A DNA stretch of 64,000 bases, from assembly GCA_036785375.1 (NCBI GenBank), contig JAWMAR010000156.1, positions 4,030,001 to 4,094,000 of the forward strand. The letters run 5' to 3'. Below are positions 12,345 to 25,641 of the stretch, one piece after another. The notes under the pieces are model-generated. The model was given only the letters and a program-made list of their open reading frames with translations, did not search any database and was not told the DNA's origin. Within the stretch, counting starts at the first letter, position 1. The number at the start of each line of letters is the position of its first letter. This DNA is from Leucoraja ocellata (taxonomy: Eukaryota). The position numbers were made by a program, and so were the translations under genes.

Positions 12345-12893
12345 TAATATTTGTAGGTTCTGATGGTCTTACTTACTTAGACTTCGTTCCTCCCACACTG
12401 TTGAGTGCATTGGGCAGCAAGCTTTCGCCATTCTGTTCGGTCATGTGCGACGTGATGGTCAGGGCACACAATTCACATACCTGATATCAGACCTTTGAAA
12501 CTGATACAATGCTGAGGTCTGCAATGAGAAGTGATCATAGGATGGACTAGGTTACAAAGTTAGAGAGACAAAATAAGTTGATAATATCATGTTGATAATT
12601 TAGAGTTGTGATGATTGGGATTTCTAATAGGCTGTGGGCCGAGCATCGAAAATGTGTCAAGAAATCAACTTTCGTGACCCATGTCTCGGAGCTACGTGAA
12701 ATTTTGCACAGATTTAGATCAAATATAATTGAGAAGGAAGTCATAACTCGTCAATGCCAAAAGCTGCACATTAATTAATTAAACTAATTAGAAAATGAGA
12801 TTGAAAAAGTGAACGCCATCTAGTGTCCAATGCCCATATTACACCATGGGGAGCCTATTTCTGTTGCCGTCTATTTAAACCAAATATTATTAT

Positions 12894-12895
<2 letters not shown>

Positions 12896-12939
<44 letters not shown>
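12896..12939. repeat. (TA)n microsatellite within the TIR element
   Basis: direct reading; equivalent TA-rich tract at ~30400-30530. Confidence 0.9.
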
Positions 12940-12942
<3 letters not shown>

Positions 12943-13018
12943 TGTATATGACTGTAATCATATATAATTATGTATAAATATATTATATAAAAATAATATA
13001 ATCAATATTAAAAAAAAT

Positions 13019-13876
13019 GTTTTAATTGTTTTTAGTGGAAGCGTAAACACATAATAGCATCACGGTTTGTTTATCAATTACATTCATACAAAGCTTCTGT
13101 TCTTTATAGAATTTTTTAAAAGATAGAACTGAAAAGAATGATCTATAAACCAATAGAAGGGAAGAGATAAAGAGAAAAAAAAGGAGAGAAAGAAAAAACA
13201 AAAAAAACAAACAAACAAAATTACCAATAACAGTTTTGGAGATATTGTGGCATCAGCCTATACATGAGCCACTTATGCTCGAACCCTCGACAGGAGGTAT
13301 GAGGGCAGGCACGTGACGTTATGGGCTAGAGGGAGTGTCCTGGTACTTAAGGTCATCTCACCTCGAGACCTTAAGGAGTCAACCGGTAGCTGAGTCTGAG
13401 TGAACAACCTCGCTCAGCTACAGCAACACTGTTATTATAGTTAGTGCACCAACCTAACGTGTCACCACTGAATAAACGACTGTTTGAACCGGCCTGACGT
13501 CTCACCTTTATTCACCACGTTTGGTGCCGCTACAATATGTCCATAGATTGTAAGACGTAGTTATTCATCCAATCCTGAGCTTGGGTTTCAGTCCAGCTTC
13601 TGTGTTGAACCAGTTTACCTCTTTAAAAAATCAATAAATGGAGACCATATTCTAACAAATAATTCTGGTTTGTCAATTAAAACAAATCTAATTTTTTCCA
13701 AGTGTAAAGTCTCAGACATTTCTGTAATCCACATTTTAATTGTGGGGGTTGTTGGATTTTTCTGAAATCTTAGTATTCATTTTTCCCCAGTAATTATACT
13801 GTAATTAAGAACATTTCTTTGATTTGTTGTAAGTTTTATACTTTGTTCTGATATTCCCAATATTATTAACTTTGGA
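13019..13876 (-). mobile_element. L1 LINE 3' fragment nested in the TIR element
   Basis: Minus strand gives PKLIILGI...PTIKMWITEMSETLHLEKIRF...IWSPFIDFL, homologous to the ORF2 end of the L1 at 33365-39579. Confidence 0.8.
13246..13534 (+). mobile_element. solo LTR (Gypsy-like), 289 bp
   Basis: TGT...ACA ends, ATAT TSD (13242-13245, 13535-13538), AATAAA at 13471. Confidence 0.85.
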
Positions 13877-14809
13877 TTGGAATCCAGTTGAATTGGTCAG
13901 GTGGCCAGAAGGCCCGACAGCCCGACCGATCCTCCACAGCGTCCATCGGCCTACCGACTAGCCCGAATGACAGACTGACCAACTGACCCTGACCTTGACC
14001 CTGACCCTAGCCCTAGCTCTACATTTGTTATATATCATTTTTATTTAACAGTACACATCATAAATTTATAAAGATAAATCAATTGAAAAACAAAATGATC
14101 AGCAAGGTTAGCATTACCTTTATTTCTTGGAAACCTTGCTATTGTTTTGATGTAATGTAGAGGCAGCCATGATCCCAGGGTCCTCGCTGCCTAGCGACCA
14201 TAAAACAAAATGCGGGATTGGTCAATTTGTGTCTGACCTCAATGTCAAACGTGCATTGATTGGACAATTACTACTCTGAAAATTGGAAGTTTTTGTCATA
14301 TTTTTAAAAAATGTGCAGGTTTTGTTCTTGACGAGTTTCAGGTATGATTTATATAATATGATTTATATAATATTTTCGAACGAATGAAAAAGCTCCTCGG
14401 CCCACAGCCTATAACAGAAAATAAATAGTAAACTTTGTTGCATCTGTACTTATGAAAAAAAGACTATCTTTTAATTGTAGTCAGTTGATGTGAAAGGCGG
14501 AATATTTATCTCTCATTCTGTAGTTTATACAATAATTAGTGGTGCAACTAAGATATGCAGATATGCATCATCATTAACTCCAGCCATTAAACATAAATAA
14601 TGAGATTAACACAATACAATTATATTGAAGCCCTATTGTTTCCAACCCATTCTGAGATGCTTTGTACAGAATTTGTTGATTTTTCTTTTCAACGCCTAAT
14701 TATATTTTAATTTAATGAAGATTTATTTTCAGTTTCAAACTAAGCAATAATTAGTACCACTGGCAAATCATCTCTGTAAATTAATTTATGCAGCCAAATT
14801 TTAATGGAA

Positions 14810-15095
14810 AATATTCAGGCTATTCTCTAAATGGGGAAAGGATTCAGAAATCTGAGGTGCAGAGGGACTTGGGAGTGCTGGTGCAAAATTCCCAAAAGTG
14901 TAATTTGCAGGTTGAATCGGTAGTAGGGAAGGCAAATGCAATGTTAGCATTCATTTTGAAAGAACTAGAATAAAAAAAACAGGGATGTAATGCTGAGGCT
15001 TAATAAAACACTGGTCAGACCACGTTTGGGGTATTGTGAGCAGTTTATGGGCCCCATATCTGAGGAGGGATGTGCTGGCATTGGAGAGGGTTCAG
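14810..15095 (+). mobile_element. CR1 internal fragment
   Basis: SEVQRDLGVLV...KANAMLAFI...LVRPRLGYC. Confidence 0.8.
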
Positions 15096-16524
15096 CTGAA
15101 TTGAAAATATCACTCCACCATAACCAAAATCATAATTGATTGGTATGTGGACTATATTTCTAGTGGCTGACATGATCTTCTAATCTGTGGTGGTCGTCTA
15201 AAACCATCTGAGTGGGAAGGCGGAGGTTTTAATAGTGCAGTAGTCCTTCAATATTTCAATGTTAGCTGAAATTTTGTGGTTAACTCGCAAGTTAACGGGC
15301 TTTGCATCACATTTTTAAAGATTAGAAGTGAAAATTAGCACGTAGCCATGACTAAGAGATGTTATGTTTTAATTACTGTTGCCATTGCATGTGACTGCAA
15401 TTGAGTCATTGTTCAAACAACTATCGTGTCAACTCAGTGGGACTTTCATACTTGCTGAAATTTAGTATTCAATTGAAAATATTCTGAGAGGTTTTACCAA
15501 AGTGACAAGATACGTTATACGTTCCCCCATTCTGTTTGTGGACTGTGTAGAAATAAATGATCCTAATTTAAAATTGTGATATTAATGCTGAAATTGGTCT
15601 AGGGTGAGCAACAAGTGTGATAGAGGAAGATTCGGGTAGGATTTCGGTTTTGTGTTATTATCCAGTGATATTGGTTGGAAGATGACTGTGTATAAAGTGA
15701 GAATGGAATGGGGATTGGCTAAGTTCTCCCTCCATTTAAATAACATACTATTGTTTTCTCTTTAATAATAAAAAATGGAAACTGATGTTTTGGGCCATTT
15801 TGATGGAGTTAGCAGAGCAAAGTAGTTGGTGCAGCAGTGGTCAGTGCCCATTATCAGCCCAGATTACATGGGCTTCCTTGCAGTTGCACAATTGGACAGT
15901 AAAATGATCTACCAAGTGGCAGTGCTTGTCCCTTTGATGCACCAGTGTGTTTGTTATGATGTACATGAATTTTGTCGGGCGAAGACTGCATTGGCGTTAG
16001 CTTTCCCCATATCTTGTAATCACACCTTATCTCGGGTGCTATTTCTTCTCCACAATATAGTTGTTCAGGAGGATCAATTTCTCTTACTTTAGTGATAGGG
16101 AGTAGAATTCAGTTTTCATTCTTGGCCTCGCCTAAAGTTTCTAGGGTTGGAATATATGCACTGATAACTGCAATGTTTTGATTCTGTTTACAATGAACCA
16201 AAGGTTTAGTTTTGTGGGAGAGTTGCTCATTTTGAGAAGGTGGAATTCTGATTCTGGTTTGCCTCACCTGGAGAAGGAGTTCTTTAAAACTGCTCTCTCC
16301 TGCCTATCATGTCTCGCTTATTATGGCGATGTTCTTGTTTGAAATCCTTACCCATGAGAAAAGAGCGTTCATGACTCGAGTTATTGGGATTGTTAAGGAT
16401 CCAGTTGAAGATCTAAAAGTGGTGAAGAGCTTCTGCAACTTTAGATACTTCATATGGATAGAGGGTGACGATCCAGACACCTTCTTCAAAAAAGTATTCA
16501 AAAGACTGACTCAAAGTTATGAGT

Positions 16525-16655
16525 AGAATACAAAGTACTGGATTAACTCAGTGGATCAGACTGCTTATCTAGGGGACATAGACAGGTGATGTTTCGAGTC
16601 GGGACAGTCGGATTGTAGATGCCTGACCCGCTAAGTTACTCAAGCAATTTGTGTT
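16525..16655. mobile_element. palindromic PLE-terminus-derived short element (degenerate)
   Basis: caaagtactggattaactcagtggatcag ... ctgacccgctaagttactcaagcaatttg inverted arms; related to 49865-50433. Confidence 0.55.
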
Positions 16656-16656
16656 A

Positions 16657-16944
16657 GAACATAGAATAAAAAACTTAGAACAGTACAGCACAAGAACAGG
16701 CCCTTTACTGTGAGAGAATGATGCCAAGACCAATTCTTATTTGCCTGAACATAATCTATATCCCTCCATTCACAACATGTTCATATGCCTATTGAAAGGT
16801 CTCTTAAATGCCACTATTGTGTCTGCCTCAGCCACCTTCCCCGATAGCGTGTTCCAGGCGCTCGCCACCCTCTGTAAAAAAAAAACTCGTCCCGCGCATC
16901 TCCTTTAAACTTTGCTCCTCTCACGTTAAAGCTATGTCCTCTAG
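16657..16944 (-). mobile_element. CR1 3' end
   Basis: RGHSFNVRGAKFKGDAR motif and 3' tail. Confidence 0.8.
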
Positions 16945-17855
16945 GATGGATGAATCCATCCTGCGAAAAAGGGTCTGACATCATGCCTATGTTCGGCACC
17001 TGCAGTTCCTTGTGTCTCAAAACTATGAGTACTGTTCTTTCCGCAATCAGCGTGACCTCTGCACTTACCGGAAATTATACAATCAGCGTGACCTCTGCAC
17101 TCACCGGAATTTACGCGATAATCGCGACCTGTCCACTAAGCGGAAGTCACAAAATGAGCGGAACTTTTGGACTAAACACAGTCGGACGTCATAAAGTATT
17201 TATTCCTTCCAAACACAGTCGGACCCAATAAAGCATTTATTACTTCCAAACACAGTCGGACCTATTAAAGCATTTATTCCTTCCAAACACAGTCGGACCT
17301 AATAAAACATTGCAGTTTCAAGCACAGGCAGGGCAGCAGGCCAAACAACACATGGCATTGTCATTTCATTTCATTTCCAATAAAACATTGCACTTTCAAG
17401 CACAGGCAGGGCAGCAGGCCAAACAACTCATGGCATTGTCATTAAGGGCTGACAAATCATTTATTGCAAATGCATTGTTGATTCGCTGCTTAGAATGACA
17501 GTCAGTTGATTCACAGCTTAGAATGACAGTCATGGCCTCTCCCTCGCGATTTTGCAGAGTGACCGACTCACATCCAGGCATCTGGGGTTTTATAGTCTTG
17601 TCCCCCCCGGAAGGGGCGTTACCTTCATCACGGTGATTGACAGGCGAGAGGACCAATCAGCTGATCTCAAGGTTTTTTAAACACTCATAACTTTTTTATT
17701 TTTCATCGATGGGAAAAATCCTCAAGGCTGGCTCAGCAGAGGTGGACTGTGAGTAAGATGGCCAAAAATCACAGGGATACAGGGTAGCGTTTTTTCTAAA
17801 ATCAATATACAGCGCAGACAGGAAGTGGTCAATATGAGACATTTAATTATATAGA
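16945..17855 (-). mobile_element. non-autonomous Helitron-like element with internal minisatellites
   Basis: A|TCTATA 5' end at 17855; homologous to 10856-11330 and 1-107; left boundary uncertain. Confidence 0.7.
17174..17306. repeat. 37-bp minisatellite (about 3.6 units)
   Basis: aaacacagtcggac... units start at 17174, 17211, 17248 and 17285. Confidence 0.9.
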
Positions 17856-17977
17856 TGATGAAATGACTAGTGGAACAAGAAAAATAATCAGGAGTGAGGT
17901 TTTAGGGCCATCCAGTTTCCTCCATCATTCAATAACATCATAGCCAATTTGGTTAATTCTAATAGATAAACTAATTA

Positions 17978-18260
17978 GTCGGAGTTTCGATCATCCCGGC
18001 GAGAGGGCCTGAACATTGGGCCGCCGTGGCATAGACTGCGGAGGGCTCGAGACCCCGACCACAGGTGAACAACGAGGAAGGAAGATGACTGAACTTTATT
18101 GCCTTCCCTCATAGTGGAAACGCTGATTCAGCTGTGTGGGGATGTTCATGTAAAATTCTATTGTGTGTTGTGTTCTTTTTATTCGTATGGCTGTATGGTA
18201 ACCCAAATTTCACTGTACCAATTGGTTAAGTGACAATAAATGAAAACTTGAACTTGAACT
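17978..18260 (+). mobile_element. 3' part of a short retroelement with a Rex1/Babar-type tail
   Basis: aatttcactgtacc...gtgacaataaa...(acttga)n ending. Confidence 0.5.
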
Positions 18261-20039
18261 AGTTGAAAACTAGTTAAATATCAAATGAATAGAGATTTTC
18301 AACGAATTGGATATATAAAACAAAAATGCTTAACGATGGCATGGCAAGTGATGTGTTATAATAGCTGCAGAGATGGCCGATGCTTCACTGTTGGAGAATG
18401 AATCAATCAAGAAATGAGATCTTAGCAAAGTTAATACAATCTTTTTAGAATCTTTCATCTTCAAATAGACTGGGCAAATCAAATTAGTGAAGATAATTTG
18501 AAGTATAAATTCATTCAGAATAGCTTCCTGGATCAGTACATTTATTGAAATAACAAGAGAGCAGGCAAGTTTGGACTTTGTTTTTTATGGTGAGACATGA
18601 TTAGTTAATAATCCCAAAGAAATGAATCTATTGCAGAAAAGTGAGCACATTTAGAGATGTTAATTGCCATTAAAGTATGTAATTAAAATTAATGTAAATG
18701 GAAAAAATCAATCAGGCACATTATTGGGAGCCAATTGTAACAATTACCAAAAAACCTTCCCCCCCCCACCTTGTGGACACACTGTCACTGTGGCAACTAG
18801 CATAAGATCCAGGAGTGAAACTGACAAAGTATCTCATCTCCTACCTGTCCGGCAGGTACTGAACTCCAGGTAATAGGTGATTGGGTCTTATTCCTGCTAC
18901 CGTAGAATCAATTGAGCATTAGGGATCTCTGTGTGATGGAAGGGTATGGAGAGATGAAGATGAGTTGGAGAGCATTGCGGCGGGGTGAGAATAATGGAAA
19001 GGTAATCCATGAGGCTCGCAAATGAGAAAGGACAACACTGGGTTCAATAGCAAATGTTGGAAGCAATTAAAGTTGCAGTCCCACACCCAAAATGATTATT
19101 TGAATTTGTAAAGGCAATCTGCAAGTATGCTTATTTTAACCTGTCTCCCAGGAATCGTGAAAGTTAAAATGTAATGATCGAGCAGACCAGGTAGATTTTA
19201 ATGTCTCACCACTTTGTAACAGTGATGTACCATTATATTTAATGTCTCTTAAGTTCTTAAAAATGTGAAATGACGATTCATGTGGAGCAATTCTTTATTT
19301 TATCCTTCATTAGTTAAGTCTGGGTATAAAACTTAATGTGGCAGATTTCTTAATTACTGTTTATGATAATTTAATTAGCAGTTTTTGATTTAATCAATTG
19401 ATATTTGTGTGTGTACAGGCAAGCTGTGATTCCAATCATTCAATCCAATATTTCTGAGTCTTGCTGTATGATTTCACAACACATCTGGTATTATGCTGTA
19501 TAATTGTACAAGATCCGGTTAGCTAGCCTAACATGACAAATAATTTGACAAATTCTGTCAAAGATGACAGCTAAGGTTTTTCCTTCAGTACCTTGATGTT
19601 GTCTGCATTAAATAGCTAGAGCATTGTGCTCCATTAAACTTTCCAACATGAACTGCCAGCCACTCGCTGTCTTAGTGGTACTGAATCGCATTTCCAGTTA
19701 ACATCAAAACGTGTGTTTCTTCTGAGCATGTACACTCAACAGGTGGTTACAAATTATTGATGTGAAGCTGAGTTTCTTTGGTCAGGCTAACATGTTCTGG
19801 AAAATTAAGCCTACCATTTATTGCTGGATTGTTTAAATATGTATGTAAATCAGCATCTGCAGTTCCATGTGTCGATGTTTAAATATGCTGTTTGACTGTG
19901 TTGAAAGAAATCTGCTGATAGGAATCACTGTTAATGATTGTGCTTTGGATCTGCACAATTTGTGTTGATGCACCTGACAAATTCTGCAGGAATTGATGTG
20001 ATAAACATGAAATTTCAATCCTGCAATTAATTCTGCACA

Positions 20040-23000
20040 TCATCATCAAAGCCCCCCGTCGGTCATGACACACCATGGGTGATGCATCCTAGTTGTTGGC
20101 ACCTCGGCTGGAGCAGCGTCGCTTGTGGCTAAAGAGACCAATGTGGGAGTGACAGTCTATGTCGCAAAGGTCACTTTCGTGTGTGATCTCTGGTTTGTTA
20201 AAGTTGCTGCGCACCTTCCTGTGTACCCGCTTGTCCGCCGCTGCGTTCAACAGTTTCTCTTCCCCCGTTTTGAGATGTTGGTTCAGGGTACCTCTCCACC
20301 TCGTGCGGTCGGCTGCAAGGCTCTCCCAGGATTCCACATCGATGTCGAGTGCCTTCATATCTTTCTTGCAGACATCCTTGTAACGTAGCTGGGGGCGGCC
20401 AATGGTTCTCCTCCCAGATGTTAGCTCCCCATAGAGGATGACTTTTGGAATACGGCCATCCTCCATGCGGTGGACATGGCCCAGCCACCGTAGGCTGTGC
20501 TGCCTGAGTAGAGTGTACATACTGGGAAGGCCAGCACGAGACAGGATCTCGGCGTTGACACTCTGTCTTGCCAGGATATGCCCAGGATATGGCGGATGCT
20601 TCTCAGTAGAAGGTGTTGAGTCTTCTCTCCTGCCTGGCATATGTAGTCCATGTCTCACAGCCGTACAGCAGCATGCTGTTGGTACAGGCGTTGTAGACTG
20701 CTATCTTTGTCTTCACTGTCAGCTTTGGGTTGGTTCACACTCAAGTTGTGAAGCGAGTGAGGGTTGTAGCTGCCTTCCCGATCCTCTTATCAATCTCTGT
20801 GTCCAAGGAATGGTTGTCGGTGATGGTGGAGCCGAGGTACGTGAACTGATGGACAGCATCAAATTTGTAGTAGTCTTCTTCAGGCTGATGGTCAGCCCGA
20901 AGTCCTTGCATGCCCTATAGAAGTGATCCATCAGTGTCTGTAGTTCCTGCTGGGTGTAGGACACAACTGCGGTGTCCTCGGCAAACAATATGTCTCTGAT
21001 GAGAGCTTTACGTACTTTTGTCTTTACTCTGAGGCGGGTGAGGTTGAAGAGCCTGCCATAGGTCTAGCACCCAGGTAGATCCCCTCTATTGCAGTGCCGA
21101 AGGCATGTTTCAGGAGCAGAGCGAAGAAAATCCCAAAGAGTGTGGGAGCGAGGACACAGCCTTGTTTGACGCCACTGCGGAAGGATTCTATCATGCTCTG
21201 CAGTTTTGGTGCGCAGCCGATCTTTGGCAGAGCCTTAAATAGGCCATCTCTGCTGAAGAGGTCGAACGCCTTGGTGACGTCAATGAAAGCAACATACAGG
21301 GGCATCCGCTGCTCTCTGCACTTCTCCTGGAGCTGGCGAAGGGAGAAGACCATGTCTACTGTTGACCTTCCAGCTCGGAAACTGCACTGTGACTCTGGGT
21401 AGACACGTTCTGCCAGCTTCTGCAGGCGGATCAAGATGACCCGAGCAAAGACCTTGCCGACGATTTTGAGGAGGGAGATGCCTCTGCAGTTGTTGCAGTC
21501 GCTTCTCTCGCCCGTGTTCTTGTATAGGGTAATGATCGTGGCATCCTTCACGTCCTGCAGCACAACTCCTTCCTGCCAGCTCTGGCAGAGGACTTAATAC
21601 AAACGAAGCAGTAAGGTAGTCTTGCAATGCTTGATCGGGTCAGGGGGAATCCCGTCGCTGCCTGGGGCCTTGCTTGGGGCCTTGCCTGGGGCCAGGCTGT
21701 CAATGGCCTTGCTGAGTTCTTCTACTGTCGGCTCTGCGTTTGATTCATCCGTGGTTGGCAGGCACTCGATGGCATCAAGGGCTGAGGGGGACACAATGTT
21801 CTATCTCGAATAGAGGTCGGAGTAGTGTTCCACCCATTTCTCCATCTGCTGACATTCGTCTGTGATTACTTCCCCAGTGAATGATTTGAGGGGGCTGTCT
21901 TGCTATGGACTGGTCCTAATGCCTTCTTAATGCCATCGTACATTCTCCTGATGTACCCTGTTATGGCCGTCTGGATATCCTCACTAAGCTGTGTCCAGTA
22001 GTCGTTGCGCAACGCCTGGCAGTCTGCTGAACCTTGCTCCTGGTAGCCCTGAGAATCTGCAGGTTCTTCTCGTTAGCTGACCACTTGTACTCTGCTAGGG
22101 CGCAGCGCTTGGCTTCGATGACGGGAATCATCGCGGTCGACGTCCTCAAACCAGTCATACGTCTTTGAGGTCTTCTTCCCAAAGCTAGCCAAGGCTGTGC
22201 GGTGCATGGTGTCCTGCAGAATTTCCCAGTTCTCGGTTGCAGAGTCTCCAGGACACGAGGTGCCGAGTTCTCTCTCAAACGCCTCTGCAAACTGTTGCAC
22301 GAAATCCGAACTGGGCATCTTGCTGACATCGATGCGGGGGTTCCCCTGCTTCTTGGTACAGTAAAACCTCTTTGGCTGCAGCCTGATCTTGCAACACACC
22401 AAGGAGTGGTCTGTGTCGCAGTCCGCACTGTGGTAGGAGCGTGTGTGGAGAACGTTCTTGATGGCGGCACGTCTGACTAGGATCAGATCCAGTTGATGCC
22501 AATGCTTTGAGCTTGGGTGTCTCCAAGAAACCTTGTGCTGGAGCTTTGTCTGGAAATACGAGTTAGCGATGCAGAGGTCATGGTTAGTGCACAGCTCAAG
22601 CAGTCACTGTCCGTTCTCATTCATTTTGCCCACACCAAATTGCCCAAGGCAGGAAGACCCACTCTGGCTTTGAAGTCGCCCAGGAGTACAAGTTCTTCCT
22701 TGCTGGGGATGCTGCTGATGATGAATGCGAGGTTCTCATAAAACCCATCCTTTGTGTGTGATGTGGAGGACAGTGGCGGGGCATACACGCTGACAAGAGT
22801 GACTGGGCCTGCGGTGGTGTTCAGGCAGAGAGTCGGGAGTCGCTCTGAGCCATTACTGCCTGGTTCCACCGTATTCAACAGGCTGTTCCTTACTGTGAAG
22901 GCTACTCCGTGCTCTCTGGGCTTCTCAGGAGTCATTCCCCTGCCAGTAAAACGTGTACTCCTTCTTCAGTGTGCCCCAGTCTGCCAGCCTTGTTTCCTGA

Positions 23001-23834
23001 AGGGTGGCTATGTCTACGTTGAATCTCTCGAGCTCGTCGTTTATGACAGATGTTTTCCTGCAATCGCTGATGTCCTGTAGGTTTTCAGAGAGGCCGGACA
23101 TTCCAAGTTCCCAGTTTTAGAGCTGGTCTCTTTTGACGTGTTCTTTTGTTGTTAGGTGCGAAGGTTGCGATCTGCTGTTCGGATGGTTCCTAATCCCCGT
23201 GCACCCAGTGAGGATAGCAGACCATGGCGGGACAGCACCTTATTGGCTGGGGGCTGGCCAGCTTGAGGCGGGCGGTAGCTGTCCAGTGAGATCCGAAAAT
23301 GCCTCCCACCGCCGGGAGCATCCCCTGGCGCCTCACTTTACGCCAATCTAGCGATGACTTATAACCGGTAACTGTTGCTCCCCGTGTTGTGTCGATCCTG
23401 CAGGCGAAGCTGGAGTGTCCTCTCCAGATTGTAGGTGTAGATTTGCAGGTGATGTATGGTCGGATGCAAGCCTGGGCGATGTCATATGGAGGATAGGCTG
23501 TTGCCCAAGCAGCACGTCCCCCCTCTCCACGTTGCTGATCGATCCAAAGGAACAGCAGGGCCGTTACAGTTTGGCACCAGCGCCGTCGCCAGAGCGAGGT
23601 TGTGGCCAATGACAAACTGCCTTAGGGACTCCGACTCCGGATTTTCTTGAGGTTTACTCCCCAGCCTTTTCCATGACTAGATATAGCCACAAGACAGTGG
23701 AGGTTTTAAATCAGAGTTTTCCCTCTCCTAGATGGACTGCCTTTCCCTTGGCTGACGAGCCCCATCTGCCCGAGACTAATGGGGGTGGGAGCGTCTACCT
23801 TCCTGTGCAGGCCTATAGCACCTGCCCACTGCCC
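20040..23834 (-). mobile_element. full-length decayed RTE-clade LINE (RTE/BovB-like)
   Basis: 12-bp TSD TAATTCTGCACA (20028-20039, 23835-23846) and (GAT)n tail. EN motifs VSVYAP, LLGDFKARVG; RT motifs KAPGSDGIP, RGISLL, AFIDVTKAFD, GVKQGCVLAPTLF; C-terminal CDIDCHSHIGLFSHKRRC. Many frameshifts. Confidence 0.93.
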
Positions 23835-24151
23835 TAATTCTGCACAACTGTGGTGTAAATTGGGGTAGATTCTACCTGACTGACAAGTTCATACTCTTGA
23901 ATTTTTAACCAGAAATTGCCTTTCCTTTTATTGCTACTAAGGATCTCTTGTGGCTTTGCTCACACTGTTTTGGAGGCCATGCTGTAACAAGAAAGAAGGG
24001 CTGGATTAGAGAGGGTTACTCTTGTGAATTAAAGATGAAGGTAAAATTGTGTGGAACATTTAATAGACAAAAAAAGCAGTTGTTTTTCATTGTTTCCTAA
24101 AACAAATATACCCTGTTGCTCATTTATCAAAGTTGCATTGAATAAATCTAT

Positions 24152-24262
24152 GTTTAGTATAGTTTAGTTTAGTTTAGAGATGCAGCGCGGAAACAGGCTC
24201 TTCGGCTCACCGGGTCTGCGCCGACCAGCGATCCCAGCACATTAAAACTGCGCCACCGTGAC
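24152..24262 (-). mobile_element. internally deleted HE1-like V-SINE
   Basis: (ctaaa)n tail and CR1-type 3' end joined directly to the head ggtcacggtggcgcag. Confidence 0.7.
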
Positions 24263-24929
24263 CATATGATGGATGAGAAACTTCCACACACAAAACAAGA
24301 CTGTCTTCATCCTGCCTCACTTGCAATAATCTAGTTTATTTATTTTCAGTTTTTAACATGTAGTATTCAGTGATTGGAATTGGCCTGTGGTTTCTCAATT
24401 TTGCTATTTTTATTCAGCCTCAAAGGTGGTTTCATCTCTGCCAGCTGGATTAGCAAATGGGCCATTGCCCAGAAAATTAGCATTTTTTCATAAAAGCCTA
24501 AAGTCACATGTATATCTATTTCACGGTTTCAGATTCTTCCTTTCTCAGCCAAAAAGACCAATCTATCCAGTATTTCCTCAAAACCAAGGTAGCTGACATT
24601 CTTTCTGCAATGCCTGAAAATATCTGTAATGTAGACCTACATATCATTGCACTGTTTGAAATGCTGGTTTTGGATGAAATATTAACTGAAGCTCCAATCT
24701 GCTCTAGATTGTCATTTGAAATTCCATGAAACAATTTGAAGAATAGGGTATCCTTCAGCCTGGGCAACATTTATCTCTCAACCAACAATATAAAAAAATG
24801 ACATTTTTCTTTATCCTTTCTTGTTATCTCATTATAGGAACATTATCCACTTACTCTTCACTGTAATATATACCACATTTCAACATGTACAATTGGCTGG
24901 GATGTGCTTTGGTGTATTCAGTGATAGTG

Positions 24930-25590
24930 TACCTGGCCACCTTCTTAAAACCTGCACAGACTAACTGGCTGATGTTTTTGTGGATATCTTCAACCTATCA
25001 CTATGGTCCGAGGTCCTCACCTGCTTTAAAAGTCTATTTGTGATACCAATACCCAAAAAGAGCAAGGTGGCATGCCTGAACAACAGCTGATCGGTGACAA
25101 TCGAATCCATTGTGATCAATAGACAATAGGTGCAGGAGTAGGCCATTCGGCCCTTCGAGCCATCACGGCCATTCAATGTGATCATGGTTGATCGTCCACA
25201 ATCAGTACCCCGTTCCTGCCTTCTTCCCATATCCCCTGACTCTGCTATCTTTAAGAGCCCTATGTGTTTCCTCATCTACATTCTAAATGCCTTACCCCAT
25301 TTTCTTAAACTGTGGCCCCTGGTTCTGGACTCCCGCAACATCGGGAACATGTTTCCTGCCTCTAGCATGTCCAAACCCTTAATAATCTTATATGTTTCAA
25401 TAAGATCCCCGCTCATGAAGTCCTCCATGAGGCTGGATGAAGTCCTCCGAGGCTGGTTATGATGCATATCAGCTCCTGCCTTAGTAGGGATCTGGAGCCA
25501 ATTCAATTCATCTTCCGTCACAACAGATTGACAATGGACGTAACCTCGCTAGCTCTTCTTTCTGATCTGGACCACTTGGCAATAGCAACA
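24930..25590 (+). mobile_element. Rex1/Babar LINE RT fragment interrupted by a CR1
   Basis: LADVFVDIFNLSL, IPIPKKSKVACLN, then MHISSCLSRDLEPIQFIFRHNRLT. Confidence 0.7.
25117..25410 (-). mobile_element. CR1 3' end
   Basis: GDLIETYKIIKGLDMLEAGNMFPML.ESRTRGHSL. Confidence 0.85.
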
Positions 25591-25641
25591 TGTGCAGCGG
25601 CCAATGGGCCCCAGCTCCGGGAGTCGGGAGAAATTAATCAG

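Larger units (their letters stand above)
12628..14411. mobile_element. non-autonomous TIR DNA transposon with nested insertions
   Basis: Perfect 16-bp TIR TAGGCTGTGGGCCGAG...CTCGGCCCACAGCCTA with TAA on both flanks (Academ-like). An AT TSD with AGG..CCT ends (ISL2EU-like) is also possible. Second copy begins at 30124. Confidence 0.85.

Noticed and set aside
17174-17306. 37-bp periodic repeat resembling a CRISPR array
   Set aside because: Units are contiguous with no unique spacers, the context is eukaryotic, and no cas genes are present; it is a minisatellite in a Helitron.
23700-23834. HDV-like ribozyme expected at the RTE 5' end
   Set aside because: I could not build P1/P2/P3/L3 by eye. 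Not excluded without a descriptor search.
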